A stretch of DNA of 64,000 nt, taken from positions 355,182-419,181 of the forward strand of contig CAWCBP010000008.1 in assembly GCA_963793865.1 (NCBI GenBank), read 5' to 3'. Under the pieces are notes generated by a model. That model made no database searches. It was not told the origin of the DNA and saw only the letters and a program-made list of their open reading frames with translations. Made by a program: the position numbers and the translations under genes. Source of the DNA: an uncultured delta proteobacterium. GTDB lineage: Bacteria; Desulfobacterota; WTBG01. The first letter of the stretch is position 1, and each line of letters starts with the position of its first letter. Shown here one piece after another: positions 1-8,060 of this stretch.

Positions 1-3000
1 GTGACCCCAAATCCCTCCCAAATAATCTCTCCACTTTGACTCTTGGAGTCAGTCACCACACAGCGGACAGCGTAGGTCCCCTCGTCACCGGCTTGCGGGG
101 TCCACGCCCAGGTGGTGCTATTAGAACCAACCGTGGTCCAGCCCGGATCTGCTGCTTCCTTAATTGACCAGGCATAAGTGTATGGCGATGTGCCGCCTGT
201 CACCACAGTAGCCTGGAAGGTCACACTCTGGCCAACCGCGGTGCCCTCCTTTTCTCCGTTGGAGAGATACACCATGGGCTTGATGATTGCGTTAACCACC
301 TGTTTTGCCAGCAGCTGTCCCACCCGGGGATCATTGTCGGGCGGGGCGTACATTTCCCAGGTACCCGTGTACTGGTCCTGCACCGGGTTATTGGGATCAG
401 GTGCACCCACGAGGGGATCATATCCCAGGTGTCCGAAATCGCTCAAATCGTAGGCAAGCGATGGATCCAGATCATGCGCCCGGTCGGGTAGTGGGGTGAG
501 CCGGGGCGCCGGATACGGCCGCGGCAGCGGATCATCAGCGCAGCCTCCCATCACGAAGCAGCAGTCGGATGAAAGGGTCTGGGTTTCAGTGCCGTTAGCC
601 AGCGCATTGCCGAAAGGAGTCTTGTCATCGCGGATGGTCTCATTATCGCTGAAGGAGCCGACCAGATCCTTAAGCACAATCCTGCCCGCGGCGTTTCCGC
701 CGGCCCAGCTCCCGCTTTCCACCGCGACCTGTTTTATGATGCCCGTCGCTCCCGATGTTTGACCGACGAGCTTTGCCCCCGGCTCGAGAGAAACCGGGTT
801 GGTGCCGCCGCCGGCTATCTGCGAGGTTCCACCGTCAAACAGGAGTTCCCACTCGCCGCAATCCTGGTATACCCAGTTGCCCCAGTAATCGGCAAAGGGG
901 TGGCCAACGACGGGATACCTGGTGAAATCACCCACGCTCCACAGCGCCCAGTTCTTTATGCCGATCTCCTTGCCGATCTGGTTGGGAATTTCAACCATGT
1001 CCAGCGCCGAGGAGGTAATGATTTGGGTGAAGCCGACCACGATATGCTGCACCCCCTTGGTATTTACCAGGTAATCGATGGCATCCCAGTAGAGATATCC
1101 CCAGGGGTGAAATTTCCCTCTCGGGTCTGAAGGATTGGGATACCCCGCGCTTGAAGGAAATTCCTTTGTCGTCTCGTAAAGGTACTGGTGCCCCAGGTTT
1201 TCCCCGCGCATAAAAATGGTTCTTTCAAGTAACGAGTGCTCTGCTTCGGGGTTTAGTTCTTTGACACCCATGCGGGCACCGATGATGTTATCCGGGTCCA
1301 TGGTGGGATGGAGCGCGACGAGCTGGTCCTTGATGTTTTCATTCAAAACCACGGTATCGTTTAATTTGGGATCGAACACCTCGTCCAGATCGTTGATGGC
1401 ATGGTTGAGGATGATGACCCCCGTATTTGCATCAGAAACGGTCCCTGAGAATGATGCCTCTATTGCCTCCCTCTGCAGCGTGGCCAGGTCGGGATCCGCG
1501 GCAACCGGGTTGGGACTTCCGTTTAGCAGCACTTCACTGTCCTGGGTCGGTAGTGCCCCGGTAGACCTGGTCCACCCCGCCGGAAGAATGGGATAGGAGC
1601 GTTTCATGAGATCACTGTAGTCGTTGACCCAGAGGAGGGGAACGGTAATACCATAAGTGTTCTTCCATTCATCGAGGCGTTTCTGGGACATGTTTTTCAC
1701 ATCGTATGTCTTGGAGAAGCGCACGCCGCCGACGGTGAGGTCAACCATGATGATCCGGTACACACCCTGCTTGAGCAGCCGGTCTATCGGTCCGTCCACG
1801 TTGTAGCGATTCGGGTCGCAACCGGGCCAGGGACCGCCGGGCTCCCCCTCTCCGCAGTAGGTGCAGTTGGTGCCAACGCCGGGGCCGTCAGGGCCGTAGT
1901 AAATGAAGCGGGGGTAAGGATAATGGTCGATGCAGTCCCCGCACATCCATCCCGCCCAGTCAGTGGCAAAATCAATGTTATGGCTGTCGTTTTCAAGCTC
2001 GGTCTCCATGTCAGACAGCTGATCCAGAGTCAGGCCGCCGAAGGGATCTGTTCCCCCGATGCGCGGATACTCAAAATCATACTTGGCCATAAATTTTAAG
2101 GAGGACTCAGCCGTCAGCACAAAGTCCCAATAGGCGGGGTTCCAGATGGCCAGCTTGTAAACACTGTTGTTGGGATCGTATGAGAACTGCTGTACCCCGG
2201 TGTCCCAGATATACTGATCTACATTGGTATCTGTTCCGCCATGCACGGTAAACAGCACTCCCACCGGCCGGCCGGCGGCAGGGCAGGGGTTAGTGAGTGA
2301 CGTTCTGCCGAAGTCTGATTTGAACACTGCTGAATCAGTACCATCGGAATCGCTATCCCCGTCAAAATTGCCGTAGCAGGGGTTATCATAAGTGCATGGA
2401 TTGCCGCTGAGAGTACTTCTGCCGAAACTCTTCTTGAACACTGCTGCATCCGTTCCATCCTGGTCCAGGTCGCAGTCGAAATTCCCCTCGCAGTCGCAGG
2501 CATCACCCACGCCGTTCCCGCCTGCGGGAGAAGTGTCTTCCTGGTTGGTGCTGCACACACCGCCGGTTCCGCACTGGTAATCAGCTATACAGGTTCTCCC
2601 CTTCACACCTTTTGTACAGGTACCCAGATTTGGACCGTTGGGGGTTGAGGGACAATTGTCTGAACCGGTGCAGGAAACATCAGATACACCGGGATTGCAG
2701 ATGCCATCACAATCATCGTCTATATCTTCATTTGTCTGTACATGACAGTCTGTGCAATTACCCCCCCGGGGGATATGATTTTGTACTTCGTAGCATTGAG
2801 AATGGCAATTGGCGCAGCCCGACGTTTCAACCGGACCAGGCCCGGTATTTGTTCTGCAAGGAGATCCTGTGCCCCCGTTATGGCAAAGCAAACATTCGGC
2901 AGGGTCTGTTAGCCCAATTTGCGTAAAATGGAAAGCGTGAATGTTGCTGCGGGAATGGCACTGAAGGCAGTTCTGAGCTGCAGGTGGAGCGACGCATTCG

Positions 3001-3080
3001 TAGGCGAAAGCGGTGCAGGTAAACGCGGATACAATGAAAAGTAGAGTTATACCTAGTATTCCATGCTGAACCTTTTTCAT
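1..3080 (-). CDS. Large secreted multidomain protein (>1026 aa, 3' end beyond window): signal peptide, tetraheme c-type region, Cys-rich TSP3-like repeat, dockerin-like pair, ferrochelatase-like domain, PKD/Ig-like domain
   Basis: Hand translation from ATG 3080 (RBS AAGGGGGG) is open to base 1; absent from the ORF track, probably because there is no stop in the window. MKKVQHGILGITLLFIVSAFTCTAFA signal; CLQCH, CLLCH, CANCH, CTDCH; DNCP..GDACD; GNFDCDLDQDGTDAAVFKKSFGR / GNFDGDSDSDGTDSAVFKSDFGR; GVLFTVHGG..YPRIGG; GQSVTFQATVVTGGTSPYTYAWS..WTPQAGDEGTYAVRCVVTDS. Confidence 0.9.
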   Translation of the reverse strand, partial: MKKVQHGILGITLLFIVSAFTCTAFAYECVAPPAAQNCLQCHSRSNIHAFHFTQIGLTDPAECLLCHNGGTGSPCRTNTGPGPVETSGCANCHSQCYEVQNHIPRGGNCTDCHVQTNEDIDDDCDGICNPGVSDVSCTGSDNCPSTPNGPNLGTCTKGVKGRTCIADYQCGTGGVCSTNQEDTSPAGGNGVGDACDCEGNFDCDLDQDGTDAAVFKKSFGRSTLSGNPCTYDNPCYGNFDGDSDSDGTDSAVFKSDFGRTSLTNPCPAAGRPVGVLFTVHGGTDTNVDQYIWDTGVQQFSYDPNNSVYKLAIWNPAYWDFVLTAESSLKFMAKYDFEYPRIGGTDPFGGLTLDQLSDMETELENDSHNIDFATDWAGWMCGDCIDHYPYPRFIYYGPDGPGVGTNCTYCGEGEPGGPWPGCDPNRYNVDGPIDRLLKQGVYRIIMVDLTVGGVRFSKTYDVKNMSQKRLDEWKNTYGITVPLLWVNDYSDLMKRSYPILPAGWTRSTGALPTQDSEVLLNGSPNPVAADPDLATLQREAIEASFSGTVSDANTGVIILNHAINDLDEVFDPKLNDTVVLNENIKDQLVALHPTMDPDNIIGARMGVKELNPEAEHSLLERTIFMRGENLGHQYLYETTKEFPSSAGYPNPSDPRGKFHPWGYLYWDAIDYLVNTKGVQHIVVGFTQIITSSALDMVEIPNQIGKEIGIKNWALWSVGDFTRYPVVGHPFADYWGNWVYQDCGEWELLFDGGTSQIAGGGTNPVSLEPGAKLVGQTSGATGIIKQVAVESGSWAGGNAAGRIVLKDLVGSFSDNETIRDDKTPFGNALANGTETQTLSSDCCFVMGGCADDPLPRPYPAPRLTPLPDRAHDLDPSLAYDLSDFGHLGYDPLVGAPDPNNPVQDQYTGTWEMYAPPDNDPRVGQLLAKQVVNAIIKPMVYLSNGEKEGTAVGQSVTFQATVVTGGTSPYTYAWSIKEAADPGWTTVGSNSTTWAWTPQAGDEGTYAVRCVVTDSKSQSGEIIWEGFGV

Positions 3081-3111
3081 TTTTACCCCCCTTACATTAA
3101 ATGAGATGACT

Positions 3112-3160
3112 AAAAAAAGGACTTTCATGCGGGTATACACCCGGCAGAGAAAGTCCCTTT
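3112..3160 (-). terminator. Intrinsic-terminator-like hairpin just upstream of the multiheme gene
   Basis: GGACTTTC(3119-3126)/GAAAGTCC(3149-3156) stem with inner GGGT/ACCC hairpin; A7 on the left (T7 on minus strand) and T4 on the right. Confidence 0.55.
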
Positions 3161-3507
3161 ATATAGAGCTAAACCTTGATTCTGTCATAGGGATGACAAA
3201 ATAACTTTTTTATAATGCTATATTAGTAAACGCGATGGATATTTATAACACGTTACTACCCTTGTCGTCAAGTATGATTCAAGATTATTTTAACATCATT
3301 TTAATAAAAAATCAAATTAATCAGCTATTTGTCAATAAAAAAAGAAAATGGGGAGGGTATGCTATTATTGTATGTATCTGTAAAAGAAAGAATTATTTGG
3401 GATGGCGTACGATCGGCGAAAGATGGGCTGCGAATAGAATAAATTGAAAAAGGGGGGATTAATTAAAATAATAGGGCATTACATACGAGGGTTCTTGCAT
3501 GGGTGGA

Positions 3508-4008
3508 TCACTCAAAGCAGAAAACGCCTTTTTTCACCCCTGCGGGAAGAGGGTTTCTTTCTTCATCAGAAACCTTGACATTTTTTGAGGTGATATCAAC
3601 ACATCGGCCTTCAGGGGCTTCTTCCGATACATCATAGCTGACATTGATGATCTGGCCCGCCTCCGCAGGAATCGCATTGCCGCTTAATGATACGAGCATT
3701 ATTCTGAAGCAGCCGTCGGAAAGCTCGTTGAATGCGCAGGTGAATCCGGAAGCATTGCCCACGGCTTCGCAACCGACACCCTGCAGGTAGTTTCCTTTAT
3801 CGCAGATATCCGCTTGAATGCCTTTGACCGTGTTGGCAGGATTGTCAAGGGTTATCTCCACCAGGTTGTTTTCACTGCCCGGGGATCCTGAGCCGTTTTC
3901 AATGGTCAGGTAGATTTCCGCCTGTTGGCAGGAGGTCAGGCAGATGATGGCCAACGGGATGATCATAAGCATTGCTTTTGAAGTAAGGGTAAAGTGTCTC
4001 TTGTTCAT
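3508..4008 (-). CDS. Cohesin-like domain lipoprotein (166 aa)
   Basis: Start moved to ATG 4008 (MNKRHF), removing the overlap with the upstream gene; lipobox LTSC; VEITLDN..VKGIQADICDKGNYL..GQIINVSYDVSEEAPEG cohesin-like beta-sandwich; paralogous to the N-terminal domain of 4046-5614. Confidence 0.75.
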   Translation of the reverse strand: MNKRHFTLTSKAMLMIIPLAIICLTSCQQAEIYLTIENGSGSPGSENNLVEITLDNPANTVKGIQADICDKGNYLQGVGCEAVGNASGFTCAFNELSDGCFRIMLVSLSGNAIPAEAGQIINVSYDVSEEAPEGRCVDITSKNVKVSDEERNPLPAGVKKGVFCFE

Positions 4009-4045
4009 GGTGGCATCCTTTGCGCTGAGCCCGGTGAACCGGAGT

Positions 4046-5614
4046 TTACTTTCTTTTGCGGACCAGCAAAATACCGGCGACGGCAATAAAAGCTGCCAGT
4101 GCAATCAGGGTACCGGGGAAAAAGGGGCTTCCGGACTTGGCGGTCCCGCCCTCAACAGCGCCGCCGTCTGCCGGGCCGGCCGGGGAAAATGCATCGCCCG
4201 GTGCCACGGTTACCAGCGCATCGCTGCTGAGATTATCCCTGCTGTCTTTTATCATAATAATGTCGAGCGATTCCTCATTGGTCCTGTTGATGCCGGCTGT
4301 ATATAAGCCCGCCCCGGTAATGGTTGAACCGATTTTACTGCTCACTTTCCATTGGTATGCACCCTCGGCGCAGGTTTTGCCGACTTTTTTTGCAGTGAAG
4401 GTTATGACATTTCCGGGAGAGATTTCCGCCGAAGAGGGGGTCAGCAGCAACGCACAACCTTCAGAAGGTTCCTTTATGCCTTCTATGGTTATGGTTGCCG
4501 TCGCGCTCATGCTCTTATTTGAGGTGTCTGTTACACGGATGGTTTCCTGAACCGGCGAGCCGGAGGCGTTGATGCCCGCAGTAAATATCCCGTCCGCATC
4601 GATGGTGCTTCCGATGCCGCTTGGCGGAAATATCTCCCACCTGTACTTTCCCGTTACCTCTCTGCCTCCCGCGATGGTTTGAGCATCGAGCGCCAGTATT
4701 CCTTTGGAATTGATTACCGACAGGGACGGTGAGATGATCAGCCGGGATTCCTCGCTTGCGGAGTCGCTTTTTGTCCCGGATGCCCCGGCGGAACGTGTAT
4801 CGCTCTCCCGGGAGGCGGCGCTGCTTTTGCTGCCGGCAGTCCGGTTGCGGGAAGAGCCTCCGGTCGAGGTAAAGGTGTCAGTCTCAGGGGAGGCTTCCTG
4901 CACGCTGGTGGTCAATCCCCCCATGGGGGTTCTTAAGCCTGCCTGTGGATTTGCCGCGGCATTCGTGGAGTTGGTGGCGGGGGTTCCGGCCGCGGGTTCG
5001 TCCCCCGCGGTTTCAGGGCTTTCCGTGTTACCGGTATCGCCGGAGCGAGGGGTGGTGGTTGTGTCATCGCCGCTGCCGCCGCTGATGCAAAACTCACCAC
5101 GTTCCGGCATGACAGTTAATCCCCTCGAATTTAGAACTCCCGGGATTTCTGGACGTGCGACTTTTGCGAGCCTTGGATTGAGCGAGATGCAGCCGGAGGG
5201 TGCATTTTCTGAAACTTCGTAAGTGATTCGGGCGATTGGTCCATTGCCAGGTGCAATGGTATCCCCGAATCCCATAAGCGATATATCAGCGCATCCGGGA
5301 GCCTGCCGGCATGCAGCGATCTTTGCATCGGTTCTGCACTCGTTCACGTAACAGGAAAGGCTGGAAGCGCGGCCCGTAGACGCGCAGCTTTTGACGGACA
5401 GATAATTGCCTTCATCACAAATATAGACATGCACCCCCGTCACGATGTCAGATGCATTGTCGAGCGTAAGCGTTATGGAACCGTTTTCTGAACCGGCCTC
5501 CGCCGAGCCGTTTCCGATGTCAAGAATGACATCTTCGGCGTATGCCCCCGGGCAAAAACAAAGGGCTGCCAGCAGACCAAGCAGTGATACAAGGGAGGGA
5601 TTCTTAGATAGCAT
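4046..5614 (-). CDS. Cell-surface protein: signal peptide, cohesin-like domain, Ser/Thr/Gly-rich linker, two Ig-like repeats, C-terminal TM anchor with basic tail
   Basis: Signal ending AYA; ITLTLDNASDIVTGVHVYICDEGNYL..GPIARITYEVSENAPSG; low-complexity S/T linker; repeated GKYRWEI..IGSTIDADGIFTAGIN / GAYQWKV..IGSTITGAGLYTAGIN; FPGTLIALAAFIAVAGILLVRKRK. Confidence 0.8.
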   Translation of the reverse strand: MLSKNPSLVSLLGLLAALCFCPGAYAEDVILDIGNGSAEAGSENGSITLTLDNASDIVTGVHVYICDEGNYLSVKSCASTGRASSLSCYVNECRTDAKIAACRQAPGCADISLMGFGDTIAPGNGPIARITYEVSENAPSGCISLNPRLAKVARPEIPGVLNSRGLTVMPERGEFCISGGSGDDTTTTPRSGDTGNTESPETAGDEPAAGTPATNSTNAAANPQAGLRTPMGGLTTSVQEASPETDTFTSTGGSSRNRTAGSKSSAASRESDTRSAGASGTKSDSASEESRLIISPSLSVINSKGILALDAQTIAGGREVTGKYRWEIFPPSGIGSTIDADGIFTAGINASGSPVQETIRVTDTSNKSMSATATITIEGIKEPSEGCALLLTPSSAEISPGNVITFTAKKVGKTCAEGAYQWKVSSKIGSTITGAGLYTAGINRTNEESLDIIMIKDSRDNLSSDALVTVAPGDAFSPAGPADGGAVEGGTAKSGSPFFPGTLIALAAFIAVAGILLVRKRK

Positions 5615-5826
5615 GGTGTGTTATCTCTCCAAGACTGAAAAAATGCCCCATGACGGGTAAAATAAGCTGACCAGGTAATAATCAATTATTTGCATGAGTG
5701 TCAACTATAGTCCCCGATTTCTATCTATTGCCTTTCGAACGATTATAGATGAATCAACCCATGTCCGGCAAATCATATTTAGTGAACGTTTCGGTATATT
5801 AATAAGTTTTATTTACATGTATCTTT

Positions 5827-7812
5827 TTAATAAGTTGGCGGGAGGTTACTCCCCGCCTGATTTTTCTTCAGCAACTCCAAAAGATCCCGGGGTATGGTGT
5901 GCCCGAGTTTTTGTATCGTTTCACATTCCTGTGCGGCTCGTGAATAATTACCCTGCAGGCAGTGAACATAAGCAAGATTAATATGTCCGGTGACCAGGGC
6001 TGGATTAATAGCCAGTCCTTTTGTAAGGTATACGAGTGCCTGATCAAAACTGTTTGTATTGAGATAGGCGGCACCGAGGTTGATGAGTGTTTCGGCGTGG
6101 AGCGGCTTTATTAAAAGCACCTTTTGATAGGCGGCAATGGCATCTTCATAACTGCCCTTGTTTAAAAAGGCATTGCCGAGGTTATAGCGAGCCTCAATAT
6201 ATCTGGGGCTGATGGACAAAGCCTTTGCGTATGCCGCTATGGCGCTTTCGAGCCTGTCTTCCTTGGCATAAACGATGCCCAGGTTGTTGAGCGTCTTGGG
6301 ATGATTGGGCTGCAGGGCCAGTGCCTGCTCATACACGGTGGCCGCGTCTTTTAATCTCCCCTGCCTGGTATAGGCCGCCCCCAGGTTATTATATCCTTCC
6401 AGATGCTCGGGGTTGATGCTCAGGGCTTTTTTAAAGTATTCCTCGCCCCGGGCCGGATTTCCCTCCTGGGTGACAATGATGCCGAGATTGTTATACGCCA
6501 TCCAGGATCGGGGATTTTTTTTGAGCGTGTCCATCCACAGCGCGGTTGAGTCGCGATAGGCATATGACTGCTGCCAGGTTAATATCCCCAGCATGAGCAG
6601 GACGATAATCCCGATGCATGTTTCCGCGTTTCGCAATCGCGCTGCCGCGCGGCTGCTTACCGTGCCTGTCCATGCGTCGAATTGCCGCCGTATGCCGCCC
6701 ACAAACACCGCGATCAGTCCCAGGCTGGCAAGGTACTGGTAATGATCGGCAACGAATGAGTAGCGCATGGTGTAGTAATTGATGAACCCCAGCATGGGGG
6801 CCAGGGTTATGGCGAACACGCACACGCCGGTCAACGGTCCGCGCCCCCATCTGTTTCTCATGTGCCACAGGACAAAGAGAAGCAGCACCAGCGCGAGGTG
6901 CCATCCGTACTGTTCCAACGCAAAGGGATCCAGCGTCCACTGGGGGTAGGAAAAGGTGAGATTCACCGGCCAGAGCAGCTTGAGCATATAAAAGCACAGG
7001 GCCCGGCCTGAAAGAAGCACGCGCTGGAAAAATGAAAAACTGAAGTCTTCTCCTATCGTTCCCTGATGATTAGCTTCCCACCAGCTTGAGAGCAGGCCCA
7101 TTGCCAAACCGGCTGCCATGAAGGGAACAAGCAGGCTTACCTCTCTCCGGGTTATGCGGCCTCTCCTCCACCAGCCCAGCAGGAGTATGACCAGCGGCAA
7201 GGTCAGGATCACCGTCTTGCTCAGGAGCCCCAGGGCAAAAAGAACGAAAGCCTGGATATACCAACGCCAGTGCCGGTTCTCCTCATAGCGCAGGTAACTC
7301 ATCAACGCCAGCAGGCAGAACATTCCCGATAAGGTGTTCTTCAGCTCCGTAACCCATGCCACCGACTCCACATGCACCGGATGAAGCGCAAAGATTGCGG
7401 CAGCCATCCAGGCCCCCTGCAGCTTGAGCCGGGTGAAGAGCAGGAAAACAAGCATGGCATTGAGGGCGTGCAGCGCTATGTTGACCAGGTGATATCCCGC
7501 GGGATTGAGATCCCACAGCCGGTGCTGAATCAGGAGCACGGTATAGGTGAGGGGGAAGTATTGAGAAGGGCTCTCGGTGGTGAACCAGATGCGCCGCAGC
7601 CCATCGGGGGCGGTTAACAGGTGGTTTTCAGTAACGTAGAGATCATCATCCCAGATGAAACCGGCGTGCGTTGCCGGATAATAAGCGATGCAGGCAATAA
7701 TAAAGAGCACGATGAGCGGGCGCCAATCCCATCTCTTGCCGGGAATAACAGCACGCGGTGTTTGCGGTGCAGGTCTATCAGCCCCTGCTTGTTTTTTAGA
7801 TTTCTTTCCCAT
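5827..7812 (-). CDS. TMTC-like GT-C membrane glycosyltransferase with C-terminal TPR repeats
   Basis: FIWDDDLYV luminal acidic motif, LHPVHVESVAWVTE, multiple TM helices, about 7 TPRs (AYNNLG, TLNNLG, ARYNLG). Start ATG 7812 or GTG 7860. Confidence 0.85.
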   Translation of the reverse strand: MGKKSKKQAGADRPAPQTPRAVIPGKRWDWRPLIVLFIIACIAYYPATHAGFIWDDDLYVTENHLLTAPDGLRRIWFTTESPSQYFPLTYTVLLIQHRLWDLNPAGYHLVNIALHALNAMLVFLLFTRLKLQGAWMAAAIFALHPVHVESVAWVTELKNTLSGMFCLLALMSYLRYEENRHWRWYIQAFVLFALGLLSKTVILTLPLVILLLGWWRRGRITRREVSLLVPFMAAGLAMGLLSSWWEANHQGTIGEDFSFSFFQRVLLSGRALCFYMLKLLWPVNLTFSYPQWTLDPFALEQYGWHLALVLLLFVLWHMRNRWGRGPLTGVCVFAITLAPMLGFINYYTMRYSFVADHYQYLASLGLIAVFVGGIRRQFDAWTGTVSSRAAARLRNAETCIGIIVLLMLGILTWQQSYAYRDSTALWMDTLKKNPRSWMAYNNLGIIVTQEGNPARGEEYFKKALSINPEHLEGYNNLGAAYTRQGRLKDAATVYEQALALQPNHPKTLNNLGIVYAKEDRLESAIAAYAKALSISPRYIEARYNLGNAFLNKGSYEDAIAAYQKVLLIKPLHAETLINLGAAYLNTNSFDQALVYLTKGLAINPALVTGHINLAYVHCLQGNYSRAAQECETIQKLGHTIPRDLLELLKKNQAGSNLPPTY

Positions 7813-7882
7813 ATGAAAAAAAGCTTTTAGAGTGTCCTGCAGTGCCGGAGATGGCGTCACGGTAAACTTCAGACGCTTCTCA

Positions 7883-7912
7883 ATTGTATCGCAGTCTGTT
7901 CTTGTGAATCAA
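7883..7912 (-). promoter_or_regulatory. sigma70-like promoter for the GT-C/TPR gene
   Basis: TTGATT-N18-TACAAT on minus strand. Confidence 0.45.
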
Positions 7913-7957
7913 TGGATTTTTTTAAAACATCGCCGGGGCGCAACTTCCTGCAAAGGC

Positions 7958-7986
7958 TTGTCTGTCATGCGTTTTTATGCTACAAT
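7958..7986 (+). promoter_or_regulatory. sigma70-like promoter (extended -10) for the AlkP operon
   Basis: TTGTCT-N17-TACAAT with TGn before the -10. Confidence 0.55.
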
Positions 7987-8060
7987 CTACAGCCATTGTT
8001 GAATCTGAAACAGCGTGTTGAAAAAGTGCTCAGGAGAACAGGTTTGATCGAAGCCAACAT

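Noticed and set aside
1930-1950. WMCGDCIDH as a fifth heme site in the large protein
   Set aside because: Reads CxxC-I, not CxxCH; more likely a disulfide or metal site.
3081-3507. Possible riboswitch (e.g. c-di-GMP-I) in the AT-rich leader, and the 70-aa ORF 3235-3447
   Set aside because: The GGCAAA/GAAA/GACGCAAA aptamer core is not present; the ORF is low-complexity AT-rich sequence without an RBS. An Infernal scan would be decisive.
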